64,000 nucleotides of DNA from Lama glama. Taxonomy: Eukaryota. Below the pieces are notes generated by a model. The model was not told where the DNA came from and made no database searches. It saw only the letters and a program-made list of their open reading frames with translations. The stretch is from positions 28,212,001 to 28,276,000 of the forward strand of contig CM052818.1 in the NCBI GenBank assembly GCA_028534125.1. The letters run 5' to 3'. The position numbers were made by a program, and so were the translations under genes. Positions 11,966 to 25,237 of this stretch are shown piece after piece; position 1 is the first letter of the stretch, and every line of letters starts with the position of its first letter.

Positions 11966-14259
11966 TCAGACAAATTACGTTCTCTTGTCATAAAAATAAA
12001 TTTCCCTTAATCTTTTCCCACATTTTAAATTTAATATTCATATTCATCTGCTCCCAGATCCAGGACATACAAAAAAGCTCAAATCTCACCCCTGCTGCTG
12101 AAAGCAAGAATAACTGAATATATTAGGGCCCTTTCTGGTTATTTTGTATATAGAGTCTGCCAGAGCCCATAAAAACAATCAATTGCTATATGATACCTTA
12201 ACCAAGGAAATTCTTTTCCAGTTTAGGAAGTCAAGATGGCAGGGCAAGCATGCCTCCTTTTATTCCTTTACATAGTAATAGCCCCATTAGTTTCTGTTTG
12301 GGTGGTGGGAGGTAGGGTGACCCTAGAGAAGAAGATGCTGTTATATAGTTGCAACAGAATATGGAGATTCTGACTTAAATAAACCTTGGTCAGGTTTAAT
12401 CCTTTCGGAACTAGGCTTCAGAAATTGCTGCCTCTGCTCCCATAATAGTTGGAACAATACAAGATCAGTAAAATTCTCTAAGACGCAGTGGCCAGAGCAG
12501 GCTCTGTCTTCTTTGTTACCTTAGAATGCTGACGTATTGTAAAGATGAGAACCAAACAGGCTAACAAATAATACATAGTAAAGGATAACATATTTTATAC
12601 ATTTAAATATATGATGTAATCATACTATATAGAACATTATCATTTCTTTTTGTATATCTACTACATTACAGAAAGTATGCAATTATAGTTTTACATAATT
12701 AGTGTATAGCTAAAATAGATTTTGCTTCTATAAAAGGTAATAAATAAAAAGAGCATAATTTGGCTACTTATGATTCTGTACTTCCTTATTTTACACACAA
12801 AAAATGCCTGTAACTGTTAGAATCACTAACGTGCAGGGAGTCTGGTCCTCCCTTTGGATTGAGAGGGGATCTGAATGCCCCTCTAGGGAAGCGCAGGATA
12901 TGAGGTCTTTCTTCCCTACTTCTTGATCCTGAAAGCTTTCTCCCTTTATCCTCAGAGACTCCATTAACCAACCTATGGAGTGTCTGAGAAAATGCCTTTT
13001 TCTGGGATGGGAGGCTAGCTTCAGGGATGCACAGAAGTCAGAAATTGCTAAAGCTATTTGCTATGGGTTTCTACTACTTTCAATGCTGGGCTGAGCTACA
13101 CTGAGAAATACCAAGAGGCAATTCATGAATGTGTCTGGCAGAAATACGACTGACCCTTAATCCTGAGATCCTCTGCAGCTTTATAAGGCCATGTGCTCTC
13201 AATTCTTCTCATGCCTCATTTCAAATTAGGCTTTCTCTCATTACGATTTATTAGTTACAAATGAAAATCAATTCTTCCATTTCCTAATACGAAATTTAAA
13301 CATGTTTGAGAATTTTGAATAAATAAAAATTAAACTATTTTGATACTTAAAAGTCTATCAAAGCTATTAGCCCATTAATGATCAGGAAGTGAGTGTTCTT
13401 ACATTTTTTAAGACTTCAGATAAAATTCTACTAAAGGCAATGAAAGTAGTAGCTTCCACACGTTCTAGTAAGTGAAGCTGCACTGCAGCAAATTCGCTAT
13501 TATTTGCTGAAAACTCTGCCAAAAAGAACTTGAGTTCAGCTCAGGTTATGTGCTGAAATCTTCCTCCTATGCATCAATAGTAGTTTCAACCTGAATTCCC
13601 CAGCATTCTCCTGACTGTATTACTTTTGCTTTTGATGCATCCATCATTTTGACTTTTAAAACCTGGAGTCAAGTTATACTAAAGACAGATGCTTGCTATT
13701 AGTAGCAGGCAATTACTCAGTTCATTTGTTTTTAAGTTTATCAGATTGTCAGTCATCCTCTAGTTCTAGTATAATCAGTTTTTATACCAATTTAAATTAA
13801 GTATAACTATAACAGAATACAGAACATACTGGTGCTACCATGTCCTTATTAGTGTTTTTCTTCTAGTTGATGCGTATTCTGTCTTCCATCCATTGACCCT
13901 GCATTATACAGTGTACTACACTTATGATGTTTTGATAACAGATCTGTTCATCTTGCTCCTTATGGCTTACTGTGGAAGAGTTCAGTTAAAATAGTAGTAA
14001 TAATAATATTTCGAACAAAAAGATTAATGCCGCAGGTAATCTATATGCTTAAAATCCATAATATATGCATGTATATGATTTCAGAGAGAGCAAAAAGAGA
14101 AAAAGAAAAAAATCAGAGAAGAAACTACAGGTTTTGTTTTTTTTTTTTGCCCTACATACTATTGCTAGAGAATACTGCCCTCTGCTGTTAAAAATTTGTG
14201 ACTCTCTAGTTGAGTTGCTTGAACTCTAGTTGAGTTCTTGAACATTTCTGTCCTTAATA

Positions 14260-15592
14260 TGCATCAAAAACAGACCACAGATCAATGGAACAGGGTGAAA
14301 ATTCCAGAAATAAACCCACACACTTACAGTCAATTAATCTATGACAAAGGAGGCAAGACTATACAATGGAGAAAAGACAGTCTCTTGAGTAAGTGGTGCT
14401 GGGGAAACTGGACAGCTACCTGTAAAAGACTGAAATTAGACCATTCTCTAACATCACATACAAAAATAAACTCAAAATGGATCAAAGACTTAAATATAAG
14501 ACCAGATGCTATAAAACTCCTACAGGAAAACATAGGCAGAACACTCTTGGACATAAATCACAGTAATATATTTATTGAACCAGCTCCTAGAGTAATGGAA
14601 ATAAAAGCAAAAATAAACAAATGAGATCTAATTAAACTTAAAAGCCTTTGCACAGCTAAGGATACTATCAACAAAATGTAAACACAACCTCCAGAATGGG
14701 AGAAAATATTTGCAAATGATGCAACCGACAAGGGACTAATTTCCAAAATATACAAACAGCTCAAAAACCTTGATATCAAAAAACCAAGGAACCCAATCAA
14801 AAAATTGGCAGAAGACCAAAATAGACATTTCTCCAAGATGAGAGATGGATCATATGAGTTAAAATGGGAAGAAGACCTAAACAAGCAATTCTCCAATGAA
14901 GACATACAAATGGCCAAAAGGCACATGAAAAAAATGCTCAATATCGCTAATTATCAGAGAAACACAAATCAAAACTACGAGATACCACTCCACACCGGTC
15001 ACAACGGCCATCATTAAAGAGTCTAAAAACAATAAATTCTGGAGAGGGTGTGGAGAAAAAGGAACCCTTTTACACTGTTGGTGGTAATGTAAATTGGTGC
15101 AGCCCATGGAGGACGTATACAGGTTCCTCAAAAAACTAAAAATAGACTTACCATATAATCCAGCAATCCCACTCCTGGGCATATATTCAGAGAAAAATAT
15201 AATTCAAAAAGACACATGCACCCCAATGTTTACAGCAGCTCTAGTTACAAGAGCCAAGACATGGAAACAACCAAAATGTCCATCAAGAGATGACTGGATA
15301 AAGAGGTGGTATATTAATACAATGGAATACTACTCGGCCACGGAAAGAATAAAATAATGCCATTTGCAGCAACATGGATAGACCTGGAGATCATCATTCT
15401 AAGTGAAGTAAGCCAGAAAGAGAAAGAAAAATGCCAAATGATATCAGTTATATGTGGAATCTTAAAAAAAAAAAAAAAGGACACAAATGAACTTATCTAC
15501 AAAACAGAAATAGACTCACAGACAGAACAAATTTATGATTACCAGAGGTTAAAGGGGGTGGGAAGGGATAAATTGGGAATTCAAAAATTGCA
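14260..15592 (+). mobile_element. young L1 ORF2 3' portion and partial 3'UTR, composite
   Basis: ORFs 14238-14624, 15094-15357 and 15357-15671 translate as ORF2p (DQWNR..PEINP..Y.QLIYDK, KWCW.NW..TCK). Confidence 0.95.
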
Positions 15593-15738
15593 CCTCTTGG
15601 GGAGTAATAGAAACGTTACCTGTCTTGATTGTGGTGGTTTCATGGGTGTATACATCTATCAAAATTCATAAAACTGTACATCTGAAATATGTGTAGTTTA
15701 CTGTATAGGAACCATACCACAATAAAGGTGTTAAAAAT
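15593..15738 (+). mobile_element. older-type L1 3' tail fused to preceding young L1
   Basis: TCTTGATTGTGGTGG...TGTATACAT...AAAATTCATAAAACTGTACA...AATAAA resembles L1MC/MD 3' ends. Confidence 0.7.
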
Positions 15739-16859
15739 ATTCATCATAAGTGGCATTCTTCAGAACAGGAATGTATTATTAATAACTATAAAAATGTTAG
15801 ATAATGAGTAATTTCCCTCTTTTTAACCTTACAGATACCATGCTCTATCTTCCCTTTGTGTGAGGTTTCATTGCACTCTAAGGAAAAGAAATTTCTAACC
15901 ACATTGGTAAATATCACTAAAGGTTAATATTATTTCTAAACCTTATTAATAACTTGAACCAAATATATTCCAAAGAAGCTTTAGTATTGGCCTTTTTTAG
16001 TAGAATCCTACCAAGCTACAAGTCAAGAGGGCAAAAGATCCTAAACTGAATATAGGTAACATTCAAGTTGCTAAGTTTTCTCTCTACTTATATTGCCAAA
16101 GAACTATGTGATTGCTTGACACTTGAGAGTTAATATGGCCCAAAATTTATAGGGAAAGTTATTAATTTCTCACTGAGAAATCAGAAAATGATAGTTGAAC
16201 ATGTGGGAACAAATCTTTCTGCTTCCGTGCTGTGGTGAATGTGAGGTTGCTCGAGCTTCCGCGGTAATGTGGCAGTAGGGGAAATGAAAATAGCCTGTCA
16301 GTTCCAATAGCAATTTACCAGAATGATTACAAATGTCTAAATGTTGGCACATTAGAGTTGACATGTTTTTTACTACAATTTGGTGTAGAATTGCAAAGAG
16401 TTTGTCCTGTGTTGACTCCAAACTTTAATAAAAGCTTCCAGAATGGATGGAAACATAGAAGATCTGTTCATTTAGCAATCTTCAGGGTCAATGTAAATTC
16501 ACTGGTCCTGCTCACTGGTCATGCCGAGTGTGTCACACATCAAATGTGAAAACATCCATAATCATGTTACTTTGCATTATATACACTTGGATCTCTTAAG
16601 CATTCATTTCTTACGAATTAGAAGAAATGGACAAGGTTCCTTTCCCAACTCTGTATTTTGTAAATGCATTTTGAACCCATTTATTTCGCTTTTTTTTAAC
16701 CTACAATACAGGTATTTCAAAAGATGCCAAGGAAATTCATTTGCCTGTAGGAAAAGTCTGTGTGTCTACACTGTAATAGTAAGAAATCCTTACTGTCAAG
16801 ATGCTTCTTGTTTGCATTTTAACTTAAGAGATGTCTAATGAATTACATATAATGATTCA

Positions 16860-16975
16860 CTTATTTTAGTTCAGGAAACAGAAGGTGAACAGTGAATTTC
16901 TTAAGGTCACATAAAATATGTGGTAGAGCCAGGACTTAAATTCATGTTTCCTGCTTCATAGTGTTCTTGATTCTG
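16860..16975 (-). mobile_element. MIR fragment
   Basis: AGGAAACAGAAG...AAGGTCACA...GGTAGAGCCAGGACTTAAA. Confidence 0.55.
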
Positions 16976-17961
16976 AAAGTCTCTCAATAGTTTAAATGCT
17001 AGAGACAAGAAATAAGTAGATACTTTCTTGACCAGAGCTTTATTTCAAAATTTAGCTCCCACTGGTTAGAAAGTATGTTTTTACTTTGATTATTTTTTTT
17101 TTCTGTTTGGGACTATTTTCAGTATTTTATGTCTTCAGTGTAGATGAGGATGAGCTGTATTTGCTCTTAGAAATAAGATCAATATTTGTTATAATTTAGC
17201 AATAATTTATGGAATGTACATTTTTCATTTTCAGAGAAATAAAGTAAAATATGAAAGAAAATCCATGCCCAACAGTAGCTTACAATTTCACTGTGGCAAC
17301 ACAGCATAATTGAGAAAACTGGATATAAATAACTTAAAATAACAGACATGTGCATATGAAGTGTTAAAAAAGTAGTGATTTTAATGTTTTCTTGACAGTC
17401 CAAAAAAAGACTTCTGATAATGATGCATTTCCTTAAACATTTTTGATTGACACCTAAATCTTTGTAATTATAAATGGTTTAAACTTCTATGTTTTTGTGT
17501 ACATGAATAAAATTTAACTTTTTATTTGCTATTACAATATGATTCTAAGTTAAAAAGATTAAATTGTTATTATAGTTACTTTTAAAATAGAACTAATTGT
17601 AACATTTTATCAGAAAATGTTAGTTATTAAACATGAAAAATAGAATATTGGAAATGCTCCTCTTTGAGATTGAAAATGTTTTTATAGTATTTCATATCAA
17701 TATAGGAATATGATTTAACACTAAAATGAGAACAGTTCAGCATCAATTTAATTTCCTTTTTTTGGCATTTATATTTGAAGTGTTGAAAGCCTTCTATACA
17801 CAAAAAAGCAGAGAAAATAGCAGGCTTTTCAATGTGGCAAAATCATTCAGGTATCTGAACTGTTACCAAATTATATACTAAAACTCATGTGACTATTCCT
17901 TAGATTTCATTTGAATCAAAGAATTTTAAACCATGTGGCTTTGAGAATGACTGCATCAGAT

Positions 17962-18312
17962 TTTTTTTATTGAAGTATAGTTAATTTTCAATGTTTTGTT
18001 AATTTCTAGTGTACAGCACAGTAATTCAGTTGTTCATATATATATTCCTTTTCATATTCTTTTTCATTATAGGTTGTTATAAGGTATTAAATATAGTTCC
18101 CTGTGCTATATAGTAGGACCCTGTTGTTCATAGCAACACTACTTATAATAGCCAAGACATGGAAGCAACCTAAATGTCCATTGACAGATGATTGGATAAA
18201 GAAGTTGTGGTACTACATGTATACAATGGAATACTACTCAGTCATAAAGAAGAATAAAATAATGCCCTTTGCAGCAACATGGATGGACCTGGAGGTTGTC
18301 ATACTAAGTGAT
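17962..18312 (-). mobile_element. 5'-inverted (twin-priming) L1 insertion
   Basis: antisense 3'UTR with poly-T 17962 to about 18127, then sense ORF2 tail to 18312. Confidence 0.88.
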
Positions 18313-19129
18313 GTTTCCAAATTCTAAAGTTAATTATTTTCTTTATTCCTAATTAAGTATCTTATAACCATATCCACTACTCTTTCTTGTAAAGGTATCT
18401 TGTTTATAGAAATAGAAAGTAGCCAAAATAGTTATTGTTTTAGGAGTTTGACTAAGTGACTTGGTTGGATATTCTTTTTTCAGGAGTACAACTTTATTTT
18501 GTAAATGTTAACCCCACAAAAGGCCTTTAATGAAAAGTTTCTATATATAATAATGAAGAGGAGGAACTAGCTTCCAGTAATTTTGAGGCTCTCTCATAAA
18601 TCAGCCATTCTTTAATTTCTGGGAGATGTAATAGTTAATGTCATGAAAATAGAATTGTCAGTGCTCCCATGATCCCACTCTACAGTTCTGTATACCTGAA
18701 TTTGATTTCAAAACACCCTAACTGCATTTCACATATACCACTTCATGTACCATGCCTCACCCTAGACAAATATTTGCATGAGCCAGGGAACTTCATGAAG
18801 CCGTCCCAGAGGAATGGTGCCTTCATTAAAGGAGACTTCTCAGACAACAATATTTAACCTTTGTTTGTATGCCCCTGAATACATTGTAGAAAGGTTCTTG
18901 ATAAGAGTCATTTTTTTCCCTTGAAGTGAGGAAAGACAACTACAAAAAACGAGATAGAAATAGAACCAACCCAAAACTTAAACACAAGGACATTCCATGA
19001 AAAGTGCATTATGGATCCAAGCAATGAGTCCATAAAATCCCTGCTGCTGCATATTACTCTGAAAGTTGTAATTTACCTAGTTGTAATGAACACACCACTA
19101 AGACAACTGCTGATGTTAAATAGTAAGTA

Positions 19130-19820
19130 TATAGAATTGTATAAAAGGGATAAACCTGTGTAGGATTTGATGTCAATAAAGGCTTCTATATGGGAAGTAG
19201 GGATGCTCTGTAAGGATGAATAGGAATTTGGCAGACAAATAGTTGAGAAAAGATACTTCAACTAGAGCTAGACATAGCAAAGACTTTTAAGGATCACAAG
19301 GTAGAGAAAGTGAAGACAGTAATTTAGCTAAAGTAAAGAACATGCATAACTGGGCTAAGAGGTATGGTTAGAGAGATCGTTTGTACCTCAAATTGGGGAA
19401 GGCTGTGCTTAAACTTTATCCTGTAGAAAAACACTTGTCAAAGTATAAACTTTGGACTACCTGCTTTAGAATCACTTGGGAGAACTACTTAAAACAGTCT
19501 TGACCCCAATTTCAAACAGTCTCAAACAGAATATCTAGAGTGTCTGGTATCTGCATTTAAATCGAGTACCTAGGTGATCTATAGCGTATAGGTGGTGAAC
19601 CTCTGCTATGAGTGTTTGGGAATACTGAATGATTTTTAGCATAGAAGAACATTCATGACACAGAACTTTTGCCGCTGCATTGGACTAGATGGACTGTGGA
19701 GAAGTTAGGTGAGTCAAAGGAGACTTTAGATTTCACATCTGAGTGACTATTAGATGATCATGTCATTGATGGAGGTGGGGCGTGCTTAGGGGATAAATGA
19801 GGTCTCTGTTTATATGGTCA
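19130..19820 (-). mobile_element. L2 fragment interrupted by MER5-like MITE (about 19430-19605)
   Basis: AAGGATGAATAGGAATTTG...ACTTTATCCTGTAG (L2); AGAATCACTTGGGAG...ATCTGCATTT...AGGTGATC (MER5). Confidence 0.6.
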
Positions 19821-22267
19821 TCACATTACTCCATAATCTAATTTGTTACCATTTGAAGATTATCTTCCAATAAGTTAATTATTTAATTAACTCATATCTG
19901 GTTCAAACTGCATGTCTACCCTTTATGTTTCTCAGAACAGAAAAAGTTTAATTAACTAATTTAAAACTTAGTTAATATATATGTAACCAAAAACAAATCA
20001 GATAACGGATTAAAGATTACTTTACATTCTATTAAATGTAAACACTATATTTTTTCTAATAGTCTGTAAAAGTAAAAATACACCCCCCCCCAAAAAAATA
20101 ATAAATGAACAACAACAACAGCAGCAGGAAAAAAACAGGAGAATGCAACTTATTTCCCCTGGAATAGCTGAGACATGTATCATTGATCCTTCCTTCTAAA
20201 CCTGCTACCATTTGATATGGCCTTTCACTGACCTTAATTTCTCTGGGAACAGGCTCTTATGGAAATGCTTCATGTCAGGTTTACTCAAGGAAGGAGACAA
20301 AAGAGAAAAAATTGGAATAAAAGTTGAGTAAGGAGCTAACTGACATTAAAATGACCTATTCACTTCAAAATCTTGATTACTGGCCAGAAAGCCCAGAACC
20401 ATATTAGGAAATAATATAGGGGGTTGATGGGGGGAAAGGAAAGAAAGAAAATGTTGAAGATGCATTTTCCTTCTTCAATTCCTTGTTTTTAACTCAAGGG
20501 GAAAATAAACTCTCGAGCAGAAAATATTGGAAAATATCATTGAGGAAAATATCATTTCCTCAAAATCCAAGACCAAATATGTATCAGTTGTACTTTATAA
20601 ATAGCTCGAATGTTATCCTTCTTATCCACTTTAAGATTTTGTTTGCTGTCTGAATACTTTTTTTGGTGCTTTAGGAAGTTCCTCTCAATATGCAGAATAA
20701 GCACCAAATTCATCCTATCCCAGTCCTCCCCAAATGTTTCTGTTTCACCCTGTAACACTTGACTAAAGGTATTAAAATGCAGCCAACTATAAAATATATT
20801 CATATAACTTTCACATAATATATAACGTCTGTTACCATGAGGAAAAAAAACGGTACATATATCAAAAATATTCAAAGGACTTATGTAGGAAGTTTCACCA
20901 GATCAGGATCAAAAATCTTTACCCTGTCCCTTCCTCCCACCTCTTCCTGACTCATACACATGCTGATTTCATAATCTGGAAATAGTCATGACTGTTAATC
21001 AACATACCATGGTTAACTTCAAGATTCTGAGTACAGTGGAGGAAGTAGGATTTTCTAATTTAATAGGAGAGAGAATGCAGTAGAAAAAAAAAGAGAGAAA
21101 AGAACTGTTATTACTCCTAGGCAATACAATGACAAAGCATTCCAGAGATGAGAGAATATTAAAAAGGGTTAGTTTTCACTCCTACTTCATCCTTTTGTAT
21201 AAAGGCTTAGCTGTGATAGAGATAGCTGAAGAGGCAGGGATGGCCAAGGCCAGGCCTAACTGGACTCTGAGGCTTACACCTGAGGAGGGTGCCATTGGCC
21301 CAAAATAGGGATACCAAACAGCCTTGATATTAAAATGTGCATCTGACTGGAGTCAAGGCTTTCTATACTAGAAGATTCTTCTGGGGATAGCCAATGATAA
21401 CAGAAGTTTCTATCCAAGTGGTGAAAATACTCAAGGTAAAAGTTACAATGTTCAAGATGGCCCATATTAGGTGGAATGGAATCCTAGCAAGTTGAAATAC
21501 AAGAGACTAGTCCCTGGAGAAAGAGGCTGCTGAGACTGAGACACAGTTCCCATCTCCAGGTAGAAGCTAGCAGAGCCCAACTTGTACCTGGAAACCAGGC
21601 TGGGAGATGTCAGAGATAATCATGTTTTACTCTGATTTGTATCCTCAGTACCTGAGCCAGAGTATTCCCTGTCAAAATATTTGAAATAGTAGGTAATGAA
21701 GTAAACAAAGACAGATACTAAGTCACATAAACCAGGCCCAGGTATGAGTGGTTACAACAAAGGCTGAAGGCTACTATATACACTTATGGTTTGGGCTTAT
21801 TCAGGCACAGTGTGACTTAAAAGTTAGACCAAGTGACTGAAGGCAAAAATGTAAATTTCAGAATCCCCTGACTTGTGAGACTGAGCTTCCTCACATATCT
21901 CCTATTTAGTTAGTGGACGTCCTCAATTGTGACAGATGTATGAACCGGAGAATCATGTGCTGATTTGATATACCAAATTCTAGGTCCTTTAATATATATA
22001 TACTTAGGTCTAATATATTTTTCTTTATTTTATGGATCCATGTAGCTGTCAATGTGCATCCATCAGGATCTGCTAGAAATAATTATATTTGTGCAAATAA
22101 TTAATAAAAGTAGTTTTTTCTTTGTATCCAAAATTATACTTCAGAAAAAAAGAAAACTGTCTTATATTTAAGTCATCATAGTATCTCTCACAGGATATAG
22201 GACCTTCTCAATTGGTTTATTTCAAACAACACATCACTATCTGAGGGCGAACCTGTAGGATCTTTGC

Positions 22268-22422
22268 CACATAAAGTGTGCTCTTTGGACTCTGCTATCA
22301 GCATCATCTCGAATGATTGGAAATGCAGAGTCTCTCTGCAGATGTACTGAATAAGAATTTGCATTTTAATAAGATCTTTAGGAGATTCACATGCACATTA
22401 AACTTTGAGAAGCAATGGCCTA
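22268..22422. mobile_element. MER5A MITE
   Basis: ATCAGCATCA...GAAATGCAGA...TACTGAAT.AGAA...TGCATTTTAA.AAGATC...GATTCA.ATGCACATTAAA.TTTGAGAAGC. Confidence 0.8.
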
Positions 22423-23244
22423 TTAGTCAGTATTATACTTGGATGTTTACTGAGATTTTCTGACTAAATCAAGTAGAAGGTAAAGAAATATAACAGAGTT
22501 TAAGTTGTTTTTTCTTTTCCCTTAGTGTTATGTCTTCACAACTGAAAGCCTTGATGTCCATGTACGTGCATGTGCGTTTCTGTGTGTGTCTGGGTATGTA
22601 TTTTGCTCTCTTAAAAGTCATGCATGGACAGAACAGGTAACAGAGAAGGATTGATGATAAGTGAAACTGACACCCTCGTGCAGATTTGGAGACTGCAGGC
22701 TCCATCTCAAGGAGGCTGCTGAGACAGCCCATTCAAGTTGGAGTCATCTGAGAATTCAGTCCCAAAGCTGCAAGAGCTTCAGATTTCTCAAGATACAGAA
22801 ATACATTTGTGCCAAGTTACCCAATTATAATTATTAAAATATAATTAGAAAAAGTTCTAAAAGGAAGAAAAAAAAACTAAACAAAACACCATCCAGGCCA
22901 ACCCTTTGGGGAACAACAGTCATACATCTTGTGTGCAAGTTGGTATTTGTGATCTGTTCCCATATCAGTGAGACATAAGAAATATAAATGCATACTTATT
23001 TGAATATCTGTGTCATGTAATTGGTGGCTAACTATTCACCTTCATTATTTTAAACCCAGTCTTAAAACAGTACCCCAACTTAGTTCTAAGCAGCCAAAAT
23101 TTGAAGTATTTTGTGGCTAGAAGCTTCATGTTGACATTTATGGGTACTATAGAGGTTCAGTCTATACCTAAAACATACATTATCATCCATATCTCTAAGA
23201 AACTAAGTGTTTATACAAAAGAATTTAAGAACTACTATTATAAA

Positions 23245-23365
23245 TGCCATTCATTGAGAACTTACTATATGTTAGCCACTCTTTAACAGTTTATAAACTT
23301 ATTTAATTTTCAGAACAACCCTGAGTAAGGGGTATTATTTTCTCTATTTCACATTTAATGAAACA
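23245..23365 (-). mobile_element. MIR fragment
   Basis: CATTCATTGAGAACTTACTATATG...ATTTAAT...AACAACCCTG. Confidence 0.6.
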
Positions 23366-23658
23366 AACAAAAAAAAAATACAGAAAGAAACCACTCTAGA
23401 AAAGACACTACACAGGTAGTTTCTATCTCCCAGAGGCCACATTCCAACTGGCCAACCCCAGCTTAAGCCCTAGAACCAGACAAAACTCTCTTGTAGCTAC
23501 ATTTAAGCTTTATTCCCTTATCTCTTAACCTCCAGTCAATACATCTGTTGTTTGTTTCCATTTGCCTTTTTATGGCACTCTTGTCTACTAATCCATGTTA
23601 GTAACAATCCAAAATTCCCTTACACTTCCAAGTACAATATGAAAATGGTTGTACTTTT

Positions 23659-23687
23659 TTAATTAATTAATTAATTAATTAATTAAT
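23659..23687. repeat. (TTAA)n self-complementary microsatellite
   Basis: about 7 perfect TTAA units. Confidence 0.9.
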
Positions 23688-23939
23688 ACATCTTAACAGC
23701 GTATGTCAGGATCATGGGGAAACTTTTGAGTTTTTATAACAAAGAGAAAATTTTGTGTCACTTATACTCCATGATTACCTCTCATTACTTTTTATGAATA
23801 TTCATCAAATAATACAAACTGTTCCTAATTGAATATAAGAACTAAGGCAGCTCATCTGGTTGTAGTTTATCTACTAGAAGATGATTGTTAAGACAGTTAT
23901 TAAAAAGCAAAGTGAATGAACTTAGTGAACTCTGACAAC

Positions 23940-24770
23940 ATTCAATACTGTTGAGACTGTGGAGCAATAGACACTAATTTATTGCTGGTGAGAAAGCAAG
24001 TAGGGTACAGCCACCTTGGAAAACATTTTGGCCATTTCTTACAAAACTAAACATGCTCTTACCATACGATCCAGCAATCATGCTCCTTAGTATTTACCCA
24101 AACAGGTTCATAACTTGTGTCTACACAAAAACCTGAACAAAGATGCTTACAGCAGTTTATTCAATTGCCAAAACTTGGGAGAAAACAAGATGTCCTTCAA
24201 TAGGTGAATGGACAAATAAACTGTGATATATCTGGACAGGGGAATATTATTCAACGCTAAAAAAGAAACGAGCTACTAAGCCATGAAAAAACATGGAGAA
24301 AACCTTAAATGTATATTACTAAGTGAAAGAAGCTAACTCTGAAAAGACTAGCTACAAAATGATTCCACATATATGATTTTATGCAACAAAATAAAACAAA
24401 AGAAACAGTAAAAAGATCAGTTGTTGCCAGGTTTGTGGATGAGAAGAATGAGTAGACGAAATACAAAGCGTTTTAAGGCAGTGAAAATACTCTGAATGGT
24501 GGAAGCAGGTCATTATAAATTTGTCCAAACCCAAAAAAATGTACAACACCATTTTGTGAATCTTAATGCAAACTGTGGTCTATGGGTGATTATGATGCAC
24601 TGATTCAGATTCATCAAATGTAACAAATGTACACTCTTGTGGAGGATGTTGATAATAAGGAAGTCTATGCATGTATGGGGGAAGGGAGTGTGTGGGATAT
24701 CATTGTACCTTCCCCTCAATTTTGCTATGAACCTAAAACTGCCCTAAAAAAATTGTTTTAAAAAAAGGTG
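23940..24770 (+). mobile_element. old L1 (L1MB/MC-like) 3' region
   Basis: TTACCATACGATCCAGCAATCATGCTCCTTAGTATTTACCCAAA...CAATTTTGCTATGAACCTAAAACTGCCCTAAAAA. Confidence 0.85.
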
Positions 24771-24799
24771 AAGGAAGGGGAAAAACAAAATCGTTTTCC

Positions 24800-25230
24800 C
24801 AGGGAAAAGCAATCATTAGATGCCAATACTAAGATGATTCAGATACTGAAATTATCAAAGACTACAAAGCAACTATAACTATCCTCTGTAAGATAGTGTT
24901 ATGGTCTTGAAATGGATGAAGATATAGAAGTCCTCATGGAGAAACAGAAACTATAAAAAGAACTGAATGTTAGTTCTAACATGAAAAATACAACATCTGA
25001 AATAAAAATTACACTCAATGGCCTCATTGGCACAATGGAGAAGACAAAAGGAAGAGTGACGTTAGGACTGAGAAGAAGAAATTATTCCATCTAAAGCAAA
25101 GAGAAAATAAACTGAAGGGGAAAAACAAGTCTTGAACCTTGTGGGACAACACTGAGAGTTGTCATTCATGTCAGTGGAGTCCCAGAGGAAAGGAGATAAA
25201 GAAAGGGTATACCATTCCGATAATAAGACT
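24800..25230 (+). mobile_element. old L1 5'/ORF1-region fragment
   Basis: AAAAATACAACATCTGAAATAAAAATT...CCTTGTGGGACAAC...GGAGTCCCAGAGG. Confidence 0.6.
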
Positions 25231-25237
25231 GTAGTAG

